From: an uncultured Clostridia bacterium
GTDB taxonomy: Bacteria; Bacillota; Clostridia; Oscillospirales; CAG-272
Length of the DNA stretch: 64,000 bases
Direction: 5' to 3'
Assembly (NCBI GenBank): GCA_947586625.1
Contig: CANPXS010000001.1
Span: 4,001 to 68,000, forward strand
Both the position numbers and the translations under genes were made by a program. This document shows, piece after piece, positions 1 to 9,636 of the stretch. The notes under the pieces are model-generated. The model did not search any database, was not told the origin of the DNA, and worked only from the letters and a program-made list of their open reading frames with translations. Position 1 is the first letter of the stretch; each line of letters opens with the position of its first letter.

Positions 1-278
1 TTGAACGACAGTTTCTGTATCCGCAGATTCGACACCGCACAGTCGGAGTGTCCGACGAATTTCAACAGCGCGCGTATCGTCGATATCATCGAATTTATGC
101 ACTAATCGGCGAACTTGTCACATTCCATAAGATGAGACTTATACGCAAGCGTACTCTCATTTGACAGCGGCTCGTCGCCGAAAAAATCAAAAATAAATGC
201 ATACGGCGGATGCGTTTTCACATGAAATGCATACTCGAAAGGAGTTAAAAAATACAGTCAAAATCAAAAGAAGAGAAA

Positions 279-1168
279 ATGCCCGAAATGAAACCGGATC
301 GCAAAGTCAACTCGCGCGGAGAAGGAATCGTTCCCGAGGAAGCAAAAGAAATCGAGAGCTGTGCATTTTATCTCTGCGAAGAACTTAAAAAAATCATAAT
401 TCCGGACGGCGTGACTGAAATCGGAAAAGAATCGTTCAGGGAATGCAAGTCGCTTGAAAGCATTACTATTTCGGGAAAAATTGCTAAGATTGATGAGAGA
501 GCCTTCTTTTGCTGCGAAAAACAAATGAAATCATCCTTCCCGACGGTTTGAAAAAAATCGGCTTGGGGGCGTTTGAAGGCTGCACATCGCTCAAAAGCAT
601 TACGATCCCGAAGAGCGTTGCCGAAATCGGTGATAGGGCATTTGCCGGCTGCGGTCTTTAAGAGATAATGATCAATAACAAGGCTGCAAAAATACACGTG
701 AACGCATTTATAAATTGCCCGTCACTGAGAAAATTCGAATTCCCGGACGGCACAGTTTTAAGTGCGGAAGAGTTTATGAACAGTGAAGAAGTTGGTATCT
801 ACATTCTGGATTATCTCAGGGAGATCGTCATTGGCGGTGACGCTTACGAGGCATGCAAAGCGGACGGTCACATGCTCGCATATTATCGTAATAAAGAAGT
901 TTGGGGTGAGAAAAACAGCTGTCTGCGCAATGAAATTCATTATGATACAGGCTGGACAAGCCGGTTCTCTTCGGAAGTGCGCACATATATTGCCGGTTAC
1001 AGTGTGGACCGGACGTTCGAGCGCACCGTGTTCACAAACCCATCTGCCGAGCGGCACTACGATTTCGACAGTATGGCCGATTTATTTCTGGTCACTTACA
1101 CGATCAGTTTTGAACCCAAAAAGCTGATGGAGGCTATCCGAAAAGGAGTGATAAAGATGCTGCGATAA
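279..1168 (+). pseudogene. BspA-type leucine-rich-repeat protein gene, disrupted (one frameshift plus one in-frame stop)
   Basis: ORF pieces 279-551, ~548-658 and 668-1168 all show the ~23-aa LRR pattern (I.IP..V..IG..AF..C..L). The frame switches in an A-rich run near 511-530. A TAA at 659-661 is in frame inside AFAGCGL*EIMI. Confidence 0.6.
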
Positions 1169-1203
1169 AATAATGCGGATAAATTGAGCGTGGGATAATG
1201 AAA

Positions 1204-1580
1204 TGTACCTCAAAAGTTAGACAAAGCGGTATAATGTCTAAGGCTGGCGGTATCAACACAGACATTATCAGAAGATGCTGACAGACAAGGGGATCAGGCA
1301 GAGCATGAGCCGCAAGGACAATTTTTTGGATAGTGCTGTTATGGAAAACTTCTTTGGACTCTTGAAAACAGAACTGCTCTATTTGCAGAACTTTGACTCA
1401 CTCGTCCAATTCCGTACGGAATTGGACGAGTATTTGGATTACTACAACAATCGCAGAATCAAGCCGAAACTAAATGGCCTGACACCTGTAGGACACAGAT
1501 CTCAAGCCATTTCAGTTGCTTAATATTCAGTTTTCACAACGTTCTTAAAAAACTTTGTCTAACATTTTGGGGTCAGTTCA
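1204..1580 (+). mobile_element. IS3-family insertion sequence remnant, internally deleted
   Basis: ORF 1275-1523 is only the C-terminal tail of a DDE/rve transposase (..LDEYLDYYNNRRIKPKLNGLTPV). It has imperfect terminal inverted repeats: TGTACCTCAAAAGTTAGACAAAG (1204-1226) versus the reverse complement of 1553-1580 (TGAACTGACCCCAAAATGTTAGACAAAG). Confidence 0.7.
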
Positions 1581-1608
1581 CCTTGACCCCTTTCATTTTC
1601 AAACCTTT

Positions 1609-2019
1609 TTACTCCTTTTTGCCGTCGCCGAACGCGACCGTGACCGCAAGCTCGAGCGACAGCACCGCGTATATTATTATGACGCATTTTGACAGCGGGC
1701 TCGTCAAAAGCTCCATCGCGTGATTGAAAAAGTTAGTGACCGTCATCGTCTCGACGAGCAGCGACATTATCAAGACCGCGTGCGGCAGCACTGCCAAAAG
1801 CGCGCTGTCGCTTTTTTTCTTTATCGCATCGACGAGTGCCGCCGCAAACGTCAGTGCCGAGTACGGGCAGAGGAAATATCCCGTATACTCGGATGTGACG
1901 CGGAACGTCCGCTCGCCCGACATATCGGCAAGACACAGAAGCAGAAAATAACATGCGCCCGCGCCGAGCAAAACGCCCGCCGCTATCCGCAGCGCGATTT
2001 TCAGATGCTGCCGCTTCAT
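1609..2019 (-). CDS. hypothetical integral membrane protein
   Basis: ORF 1609-2070, with a likely start at the internal Met (MKRQHLKIALRIAAGVLLGAGACYFLLL). It has several hydrophobic segments and no family was recognised. Confidence 0.5.
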   Translation of the reverse strand: MKRQHLKIALRIAAGVLLGAGACYFLLLCLADMSGERTFRVTSEYTGYFLCPYSALTFAAALVDAIKKKSDSALLAVLPHAVLIMSLLVETMTVTNFFNHAMELLTSPLSKCVIIIYAVLSLELAVTVAFGDGKKE

Positions 2020-2181
2020 ATGCGCGTTTTCCCTCCCGTCGTCATGCGCTCTGTGACACGATTCTACCACAACAGAGCGGAAAAGTCAATTTTTACGCAT
2101 AAGGTTTTCGACCTGCAATTTTTTTGCGTTTACAGGTAGATTTATCCGTTCTTTTATGCTACAATACAGTGTAGACAACAG

Positions 2182-2613
2182 GTGAAAGGCGGTAGTTATC
2201 ATATGCTCGGCACCGAATACAGCGCCGCGTGTCTCGCCTATCTCGGCGATGCCGCGTTCGAGCTATGGGTGCGCAAAACGCTCCTTTCATGCGGCGTCGG
2301 CACATCGTCCGCGTGCAACGCGGAGTCGCTCTTGTTTGTGACGGCACATTCGCAGAGCGAGGCGCTTTTGCGCATAGAGCCGCTTCTCACGGACGATGAG
2401 TCGGACGCATACAGGCGCGGACGAAACTCGCATGTGACGCCGCCGAAAAGCGCCGCTCCCGCCGACTATCACCGCGCGACCGGGCTCGAAGCTCTCGTCG
2501 GCGCGCTCTACGTCGAGGGGCTCACGTCCCGCATAGACGAGCTTTTGTCGACCGCGTTTGCGGACGTCATATCCGATGTGAAGCGCCGCCACGGGTGCGG
2601 GACTGCGAGGTGA
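2182..2613 (+). CDS. mrnC: mini-ribonuclease III
   Basis: RNase III-like signature LAYLGDAAFELWVR near the N-terminus and ~140 aa size. The start could instead be the ATG at 2203. Confidence 0.85.
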   Translation: MKGGSYHMLGTEYSAACLAYLGDAAFELWVRKTLLSCGVGTSSACNAESLLFVTAHSQSEALLRIEPLLTDDESDAYRRGRNSHVTPPKSAAPADYHRATGLEALVGALYVEGLTSRIDELLSTAFADVISDVKRRHGCGTAR

Positions 2614-2637
2614 TGCATCATAGATAAAGTCAAAATA

Positions 2638-3750
2638 ATGTGCGTATTCGGCACACGTCCCGAGGCGATAAAGATGATCCCGCTCGTGTGCGAGCTCGAG
2701 CGGCGAGACGGTATAACCACTATCGTGACGCTGACGGGGCAGCACAGGCAGATGCTCGACTCGGTAATGAGCGAATTCGGCGTATCCGCCGACTACGATC
2801 TTGACATAATGAAATCGGGGCAGTCGCCGACGGACATATTCGCCGCGGTGCTGACCGGTTTCGACTGCGTCCTTGCGGAGACGTCCCCGGACATGGTGCT
2901 CGTCCACGGCGACACGACGACGAGCGTCGCCGCCGCGCTGTCATCGTTTCACCGGCACATTCGCGTCGGTCACGTCGAAGCGGGGCTCCGCACCGGCGAC
3001 AAATATTCGCCGTTCCCGGAGGAGATGAACCGTACGCTGACGTCCCGCATCGCGGACCTGCACTTCGCGCCGACCGAGAAGAACAGGCAGAACCTGCTCG
3101 CCGAGGGCGTGCGCGGCGAGAACATATACGTGACCGGCAACACAGTGCTCGACGCGTTCGCGTACACGGTGAAGGACGGATACACGTTCACCGATCCCGC
3201 GCTGTCGCGCCTCGACTTCACGCGCGGACGCGTCATAACACTGACCGCGCACAGGCGCGAAAATCAGGGCGTCGGCATTGAAAACATATGCCGCGCCGCG
3301 ATAGAGCTGACGCGCCGATATCCCGATGTGACGATAATTTATCCCGTACACATGTCGCCCGCCGTGCGCGGCACCGTGATGCCGCTTTTGTCTGACCGCG
3401 AGCGCATAATCCTCACCGACCCTCTTCCGACGACAGCGATGCACAATCTTATCGCGCACTCGTATCTCGTCCTGACCGATTCGGGCGGCATACAGGAGGA
3501 GGCGCCGTCACTCGGCGCGCCCGTGCTCGTTTTGCGCACCGAGACGGAGCGTCCCGAAGCCGTCGCGGCGGGCGGCGTTGCGATGGCGGGCGTCAACACC
3601 GACGGTATAGTCGCCGCCGCGTCGGCGATACTCGACGACAAAGCGCTGCACGACAGAATGGCATCGGCGAAAAATCCCTACGGCGACGGTCACGCGTCCG
3701 AGCGCATAGCGGACGCGATAGAGAAATATTTCGGCATCGAGGTAAAATAA
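2638..3750 (+). CDS. wecB: UDP-N-acetylglucosamine 2-epimerase (non-hydrolysing)
   Basis: 370 aa with family motifs: MCVFGTRPEAIKMIPL, HVEAGLRT, DSGGIQEEAPSLGAPVLVLRTETERPE. Confidence 0.93.
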   Translation: MCVFGTRPEAIKMIPLVCELERRDGITTIVTLTGQHRQMLDSVMSEFGVSADYDLDIMKSGQSPTDIFAAVLTGFDCVLAETSPDMVLVHGDTTTSVAAALSSFHRHIRVGHVEAGLRTGDKYSPFPEEMNRTLTSRIADLHFAPTEKNRQNLLAEGVRGENIYVTGNTVLDAFAYTVKDGYTFTDPALSRLDFTRGRVITLTAHRRENQGVGIENICRAAIELTRRYPDVTIIYPVHMSPAVRGTVMPLLSDRERIILTDPLPTTAMHNLIAHSYLVLTDSGGIQEEAPSLGAPVLVLRTETERPEAVAAGGVAMAGVNTDGIVAAASAILDDKALHDRMASAKNPYGDGHASERIADAIEKYFGIEVK

Positions 3751-3751
3751 C

Positions 3752-4240
3752 ATGGCGATAATGGACGACAAATGCGCGCTCGACGTTATGGACGAGCTTT
3801 TGTCCGGCACGTGCCACATCATGAGCGTTCTGCCCGAGCGCGTGCCGAGCGAACGCAAGGACGAATATGCGAGATTTGAGTCGCACATGCTCAATAACTT
3901 TGATGAGTATAGGCTCGCGGAGCGTTTCTCCGAAGCTCTGATGAAACTAATGTGCTATTATCGCTCGACGCTTCTTTACGGCGAATACCGCGAGTCTCCG
4001 ACGCCGGACGACGTGGAATTTGCCGTCGAGGACATAATGGCGAACCGCTCGGGCTCGCTCGTGATATTCCTCGGCGTGACCGAGGACACCGCTTCCGCGA
4101 TGATAACGTTCGAGTGGGACTGCCTCTACGCCGCGCTTTACGGCGGCGACGAGCATATGCATGCGCTTGCCGCGGACATAGCGCGGTCTGCGGGACTTTT
4201 CTTCCGCACGGGGTCTGTGGACGACTACGCCATAATGTGA
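3752..4240 (+). CDS. hypothetical cytoplasmic protein
   Basis: 162-aa ORF starting 1 nt after the wecB stop, with coding-like composition and no recognised family. Confidence 0.55.
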   Translation: MAIMDDKCALDVMDELLSGTCHIMSVLPERVPSERKDEYARFESHMLNNFDEYRLAERFSEALMKLMCYYRSTLLYGEYRESPTPDDVEFAVEDIMANRSGSLVIFLGVTEDTASAMITFEWDCLYAALYGGDEHMHALAADIARSAGLFFRTGSVDDYAIM

Positions 4241-4282
4241 CATTATTTTAATGTTAATAAAAACCATGAAAGGAAAAGAGAA

Positions 4283-4750
4283 ATGAAAAAATTCTTCTCT
4301 GAATTCAAGGACTTCATCAGCCGCGGCAACGTGCTCGACATGGCGATAGGCGTTATCATCGCGACCGCGTTCAGCGCGATCACGAACTCGCTCGTCAACA
4401 ATGTACTTATGCCGCTAATAGGTCTTATCACCGGCGGCACCGACTTCACCGACCGCCTCAACTGGGTCATAGTTGAGCCGACGCTTGACGCGGCGGGCGA
4501 GGTCACGGACCCCGGCGTGACCATCGGCTTCGGCGTGTTTGTCTCCGCCATCATCAACTTCATCATCATCGCCTTCATCTGCTTCGTAATCGTGAAGTCG
4601 TTCAACAAGGCGGCGAAGGTCGCGGCGGAAAAGGCAAAAAAGAAAGAGGAAGAGGAAGCGGAGGCGGCTCCCGAAGAAGCTCCCGCTCCGACCGAGCTCG
4701 ATATACTTACCGAGATACGCGACCTTCTGCAAAAGGACAAAAAGGATTGA
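4283..4750 (+). CDS. mscL: large-conductance mechanosensitive channel
   Basis: N-terminus MKKFFSEFKDFISRGNVLDMAIGVIIATAF, two TM helices and a charged C-terminal tail. RBS AAAGGAAAAGAG lies upstream. Confidence 0.95.
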   Translation: MKKFFSEFKDFISRGNVLDMAIGVIIATAFSAITNSLVNNVLMPLIGLITGGTDFTDRLNWVIVEPTLDAAGEVTDPGVTIGFGVFVSAIINFIIIAFICFVIVKSFNKAAKVAAEKAKKKEEEEAEAAPEEAPAPTELDILTEIRDLLQKDKKD

Positions 4751-4767
4751 GCATAGCTTAATAAGTG

Positions 4768-4806
4768 AAAAGACGGACGCTTCGTTAAGAAGCGTCCGTC
4801 TTTTCC
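4768..4806. terminator. bidirectional intrinsic terminator between convergent mscL and capA-like genes
   Basis: Hairpin AAAAGACGGACGCTTC-GTTAA-GAAGCGTCCGTCTTTT. The A and T tracts are part of the stem, and it overlaps the last codons of the minus-strand gene. Confidence 0.7.
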
Positions 4807-6266
4807 GCTATCGTTTCGTTGAACGTCTGCACCACGTTGCCGAGGACGTCGTTTATAAGTCCGAATACCTCCTTCGACGTCGACACGCCGTAGGAGGAAT
4901 TCTTCAGTCCGTACGCGTCCGGGTCGGCGACGGCAGCGGCGGCGGGCAGTATCTCATGCGCGTAAAAGCCGTTCTTTGCCGTGTACGTGTGTACGAACGT
5001 CGGTATCTGCTCCGCCTTCGTTATCACGACCTCGCCCGTCGAGTATTTGCGCACCGATATGGTCACGATAAGACCGCCCTCTGTGTATTGACTGTTCGTG
5101 GAGTTTTCGAGGGAGCGGCGGTTCTGATTCGACACGAAATTGCCGAGCGAATAAAAGCACAGCGTTTTTCTTCCGCCGTCCGACGACGTGAGCACGTCGG
5201 CGTCCTGTACGACGTGCGGGTGACCGCCGATTATGACGTCGACGCCGAGGTCGCACAGCTTCTGAGCGACGTTTTCCTGGAACGTGTTGTGCTTGATCTT
5301 ATATTCGGAGCCCCAGTGCATATAGGCTATGATTAGGTCGACGCCGTCCGACTTCATCTTTGAAATTATCGACTCGATCTCGGCGTACATAGTGCTCACA
5401 TTCGCGGCGTTGTAGAGGTTCATGTACGATTCATCGCCGTTCTTTATCGCGATGCCGTTTATCGTCGGCGATGTGCCCGTGCCGCCCGACAGGTCGTCGG
5501 CGTAGTTGAGCATGCCTATTTTTATGCCGTTGACGTCGACGACTTTGTACGCGTCGTCGCCGGGCTGCTTTTTCGCGCCTATATATTCGAGTCCGTGCGA
5601 TGTAAACTGATCCTGCGTGCGCAGAAAGCCCGCAAGTCTCGTGTCATAGCAGTGGTTGTTGGCGAACAGCATCATGTCAAAACCCGCGCCTTTGACGGCG
5701 TCGAGCAGTGAGTCCGGCGCGTTGAAGCGCGGGTATCCGGTGTATTCGACATCGGGTCCGGCGAGCGTCGTCTCGAAGTTGGCTACGGCGTAGTCTGCGG
5801 ACGATACGATGTCCTTTATATATTTGAACGAGTTGGAAAAGTCGTACGTGTCGCCGCCTACGGCTTTCGCATACTTCATCTGTGCCAAATGCGCGATTAT
5901 GTCGCCCGCCGACAGTATGGTCGCGTCGGTGCTTGTGACGGGCGGCGGCTCCGTCGTGCCGGTCGGCTCCGTCGTGACGCCGACGGAAATATCGCCCGAC
6001 GACGGCGTATCGCCTCCATGCTGAGCGACGTCCTGCGTGCTCTGCGATTCTGAACCCGTGCCCGTGCCGTCGCCGGTCTTGTCATTCCTGCCGTTTCTGA
6101 TGCGTGCGACGAGAAATATCATGCCGAGTATGAGCAGCCATACTGCGACAAAGCACAAAAACGGGATATTTATATTGTTTTCTTTTTTCCGTCTGCGCTG
6201 CGGCTGCGGCCGTCTCGGCGGCTGCGGCCTCTGCGGCGACGGGTATCGGTTAACGTTACCGTTCAA
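4785..6266 (-). CDS. CapA-family metallophosphatase-like protein, membrane anchored
   Basis: Motifs ANNHCYD, HWGSEY and GGHPHV. An N-terminal Pro/Arg-rich segment precedes one TM helix. TTG start preceded by GAGGTG. Confidence 0.8.
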   Translation of the reverse strand: MNGNVNRYPSPQRPQPPRRPQPQRRRKKENNINIPFLCFVAVWLLILGMIFLVARIRNGRNDKTGDGTGTGSESQSTQDVAQHGGDTPSSGDISVGVTTEPTGTTEPPPVTSTDATILSAGDIIAHLAQMKYAKAVGGDTYDFSNSFKYIKDIVSSADYAVANFETTLAGPDVEYTGYPRFNAPDSLLDAVKGAGFDMMLFANNHCYDTRLAGFLRTQDQFTSHGLEYIGAKKQPGDDAYKVVDVNGIKIGMLNYADDLSGGTGTSPTINGIAIKNGDESYMNLYNAANVSTMYAEIESIISKMKSDGVDLIIAYMHWGSEYKIKHNTFQENVAQKLCDLGVDVIIGGHPHVVQDADVLTSSDGGRKTLCFYSLGNFVSNQNRRSLENSTNSQYTEGGLIVTISVRKYSTGEVVITKAEQIPTFVHTYTAKNGFYAHEILPAAAAVADPDAYGLKNSSYGVSTSKEVFGLINDVLGNVVQTFNETIAEKTDAS

Positions 6267-6396
6267 TATCGTTCACCTCGGTATTTATTGCTGTGACGCG
6301 GACTGCGTCAACGCGCATGCATTATTTACCGACAAAGTATACCACAAAAACCGAAATATGTCAACACGCGTGTAATGACGGCGCCGTGCGGACGGT

Positions 6397-8016
6397 TTAC
6401 ATCGAAAACTCCGCGACGCGCCATCCCGACGCGGTCTTTACCCATACGAGCGCATACGTGCCCGCGCCGCTCTTTTCGTATTTATAATACTTGCCGTGCG
6501 AGTCGAAGTCTATCTTCACCGATATGCAGTCGCCGGAGAACCGCGCGATGTCGCGTATCGTCATGTCGAGCTTGTCGACCTTGAAATTGCTGTTGTAGAT
6601 ATAGGACGAAAGCGTCGTCGTTATGAGGTCGTCAGCCGGCGAGCCCGACATGACAAGCGCCATCACGTTGGCATAGTTCTGCCGCGTATACTCCGTGCCC
6701 TCGTACGAATATTTGATGAACAGACGCGTGAACTCTTCCGACAGCGCGCGTATTTCCTCGTCCTCCGACTGCTTCGGCGCGGCGTAGAACGTGTATTCAA
6801 ATCCGTTTGCCTCCCCGGCGCACCCCGCCGACGTTGTGAACACGGGATCGTTATACAGTCCGACCTCGTAAGTCTCGTACTTTTCGGACGCGCTCGCGCC
6901 ATTCACCTCGGTCGGAAGCTGATACGTGCCGGTGTCCGCGGTCTTATACGAATCCGCGACCTCGACGCCGTTGCAAAAGAGCGTGTCGCCGCGCGGCACG
7001 CGAACCGTGTATCTTCGTCTGTACGATTCGGGATACGAGTACGCGCTCCCGTTCGCGTCCGCCTCGTCCGGCGTCAGCGTATCGCCCGCGAGCGTGACCG
7101 TCACCGTCGGTTCCTTCATCAGCGACGGGAACGTGTAGACGTCGATCTTGGGCGACGTGTCGGGCTCGAACTCCGACGATATACCCGTCACATGCTCGAC
7201 GGACGTGACGAACTCGCCGTCCGCATCGACGCCGTTGACGATGACTTTTGCGTCGGCGGGCGCTTTGACAGTATAGTCCGACCGCGACGATATGTCAAAA
7301 TCGGAATAGTACGTGCTCTCGCCGAGCCTCGATATTATGAGCGGCTCGCCATCGAATTCTGCGTCGACGTCGACAGTGCCGAACACGCTTTTGACCTTGT
7401 ATGATGCGAGCTTGTCTACGCTTTTCTCAAACACCGACAGCGACGCGCTCTCGTATTCCTCGCCCGTCAGATATTCGCCGCCGAGCGGCGTGCCGTTTAC
7501 GGTGACGGACGCTTTTGACGGCACGATAACGGTGACGTCTGACACGCGCGACGATATCCACTCGTCGTATATCTCCACCTTGTCGACATCGTAGCGGGAA
7601 AATCCGTAGCGGAGCTTTTCCGTCGGCGACAGCGTTATCTTCATCAGCTTGCCGCCGCAGAAAACGTCGTACGACGGCGCGCCGCCGCCCACAGTCTCGG
7701 TGAATGTTACGCCATCCTTCATAGCGTCCGCGAGCGTTTCGCCGACAGCGTCCGCAGTTTCAAATCCCGAGCCCATCTCGTCCAAGCGCTCCGATATGAG
7801 CGCCGAAAAAGTCTCGCCGTCGAGTCCATCGACGTACTTTTCGGCGACGTGCTCCGGCAGCGACGTCTCATATGTGCGTATGAAATCGTAGAATATGCCG
7901 GCTCCGACAAGTATCACCGCGACGAGCACGACGCAGAACACGGCGTAATATTTGTAAAATCCGTCGCTTACGCGCTTTTCCTTTCGGTGCGGATTCTTTA
8001 TTCTTCTTCCGTCCAC
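6397..8016 (-). CDS. hypothetical membrane-anchored extracytoplasmic protein
   Basis: 539 aa with an N-terminal TM anchor (YYAVFCVVLVAVILVGAGIFY), then a long soluble region with no recognised family. Confidence 0.7.
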   Translation of the reverse strand: MDGRRIKNPHRKEKRVSDGFYKYYAVFCVVLVAVILVGAGIFYDFIRTYETSLPEHVAEKYVDGLDGETFSALISERLDEMGSGFETADAVGETLADAMKDGVTFTETVGGGAPSYDVFCGGKLMKITLSPTEKLRYGFSRYDVDKVEIYDEWISSRVSDVTVIVPSKASVTVNGTPLGGEYLTGEEYESASLSVFEKSVDKLASYKVKSVFGTVDVDAEFDGEPLIISRLGESTYYSDFDISSRSDYTVKAPADAKVIVNGVDADGEFVTSVEHVTGISSEFEPDTSPKIDVYTFPSLMKEPTVTVTLAGDTLTPDEADANGSAYSYPESYRRRYTVRVPRGDTLFCNGVEVADSYKTADTGTYQLPTEVNGASASEKYETYEVGLYNDPVFTTSAGCAGEANGFEYTFYAAPKQSEDEEIRALSEEFTRLFIKYSYEGTEYTRQNYANVMALVMSGSPADDLITTTLSSYIYNSNFKVDKLDMTIRDIARFSGDCISVKIDFDSHGKYYKYEKSGAGTYALVWVKTASGWRVAEFSM

Positions 8017-8053
8017 GTCTGCCTCCTCTCGGACAGGATAGTATATAGTCTCT

Positions 8054-9193
8054 TTACTTCTCCGGCATTATGAGGAACACGTCCGGCAGCTTGCGCTCGC
8101 CGAAGAAGTACGCGCTCTGTGTCAGCGTTTCGCCGTTGTATATCATCAGCGACGACGACCCGCCGTCGAGGTTCGCGGCGTTGACGGCGCCGAACGACGC
8201 CATTATATTGCATGTGTCGGCGTGCGTCGCTCCGAGCGAATCGGCCTGGCGGCCGTTTATGACGAGCATCAGTATCGCGCCGTCCGCGCGCTGCCCTATC
8301 GCGGTGCGCGGGTTGAGTCCGCCGTTCAGCTTCCGCCTCGACGTTTCCGGCACGCCGTTTACGACGAGCAGCGGTCCGCCCTCAAAGCTCAGTCCGTCAA
8401 CTATCCCGTCCGCGAGCGCCTCTGCGCCCGTCATATTTCCGACATGCAGGATGTGGTTCTTGTCAAAGCCTATCACGCACTTGTAATACGTGTCGGGACT
8501 GCCCCACACGATCTCACCGTCGCGTATGACGACGCCGTCAGGTACAGAACCCGTGCCGCTGCCGCCCTCGTCCCAGAAACCGCCTGCATTGATACCGCCG
8601 ACCGCGCCCTCATCTTCGATGAAACGGCGCAGCGTCTTGCCCGAGTAACCCTCTCCGTAGTTGTCGAGCATACCTATTTTGACCCGAGACGGGTCCTTTA
8701 TTATTATCATTTTGCCCTTGTATGTGTCGCCGTCGACGTCGACGACCTCAACGTCATCCTCCGTCGGCTCGTCGGGCGGCGTCGTGTCGGGCGATGTCGT
8801 ATCATCGCCGGGCGCGGACGTATCGGACGGCGTACCGCCGCCGTTATTATTGCCGCTCATAAACGGCAGAGTTTCGGTCGGCTCCGTTTCGTCGCCGCTG
8901 CCGCCGATGTTGATGAGGTCCGTATTCGTATGCTGCGAGCCGCCACCGTCGCCGAGGTCGAGTATTGCGTTTATCTCATCCTCCGAGAAGAACATGCGCG
9001 CGAGAAATTTCGCCGCCGACGTCTCCATGACGCTGCGCACGAACAGATCGCGCGCCGTCGGCGACGGTCCCTTCGCGAGCACGAGCATGAGACTGTATAG
9101 CGCAATCACGACCGCAAGCAGCAGCGTCAGTATTATAAGTCCCGCGCGTCCCGCGTAAATGAGCGCGCGCGGCGTTTTACGGTATCCTCGCAT
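8054..9193 (-). CDS. phosphodiester glycosidase (NAGPA-domain) family protein
   Basis: C-terminal NAGPA-like signature (..AANLDGGSSSLMIYNG..) and an N-terminal TM anchor. The ATG at 9193 is preceded by AAGGAGGA; the longer ORF to 9316 was rejected. Confidence 0.8.
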   Translation of the reverse strand: MRGYRKTPRALIYAGRAGLIILTLLLAVVIALYSLMLVLAKGPSPTARDLFVRSVMETSAAKFLARMFFSEDEINAILDLGDGGGSQHTNTDLINIGGSGDETEPTETLPFMSGNNNGGGTPSDTSAPGDDTTSPDTTPPDEPTEDDVEVVDVDGDTYKGKMIIIKDPSRVKIGMLDNYGEGYSGKTLRRFIEDEGAVGGINAGGFWDEGGSGTGSVPDGVVIRDGEIVWGSPDTYYKCVIGFDKNHILHVGNMTGAEALADGIVDGLSFEGGPLLVVNGVPETSRRKLNGGLNPRTAIGQRADGAILMLVINGRQADSLGATHADTCNIMASFGAVNAANLDGGSSSLMIYNGETLTQSAYFFGERKLPDVFLIMPEK

Positions 9194-9304
9194 CGCGTCC
9201 TCCTTTGAGGGAAAAATGCCCACAATAATTATACTAATTATATATCCGCTCTGATGCGGTGTCAAGCAAATTTTGACGTTAAAACTATTATGCCCGAATA
9301 CCTC

Positions 9305-9333
9305 TTGACAACTCACAAAACTTGTACTATAAT
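9305..9333 (+). promoter_or_regulatory. sigma-A type promoter of the valS leader
   Basis: TTGACA (9305-9310), 17-bp spacer, TATAAT (9328-9333). Confidence 0.75.
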
Positions 9334-9339
9334 ATCAAA

Positions 9340-9625
9340 ACAACAGCGACGACGGGGAGGAGTAGGCTTTTGCTCCCGCGCAAAGCGAGCCGGAGACGGT
9401 GAGAGTCCGGCGGCGGAGATGAGTCGAAGGTCGCCCCCGAGCTGCGGATGTGAAAGGATACGGGCACCGTGTGCCGTACTGTGTCCGTCAGCGTCCGCCG
9501 TGTGCGCACGTTACAGCGTCATGAGAGGATAAAGGGTCACACCTTTATCAATTCGGGTGGTACCGCGTATTTATTGCGTCCCGATGCCGTACTCTGTGCG
9601 GCGTCGGACGCTTTTTGTTTTGAAA
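9340..9625 (+). promoter_or_regulatory. T-box leader (tRNA-sensing riboswitch), presumably Val-specific
   Basis: Stem-I type AGCGAGCCGGAGACGGTGAGAGTCCGG and the T-box sequence AATTCGGGTGGTACCGCG (9550-9567). A terminator hairpin at 9576-9611 is followed by TTTTTGTTTT. Tentative GUC specifier at 9430-9432. Confidence 0.88.
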
Positions 9626-9636
9626 GGAAAGACATC

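Noticed and set aside
1-278. Possible gene fragment at the left window edge.
   Set aside because: There is no ORF of useful length, and no recognisable motif in any frame that I could read.
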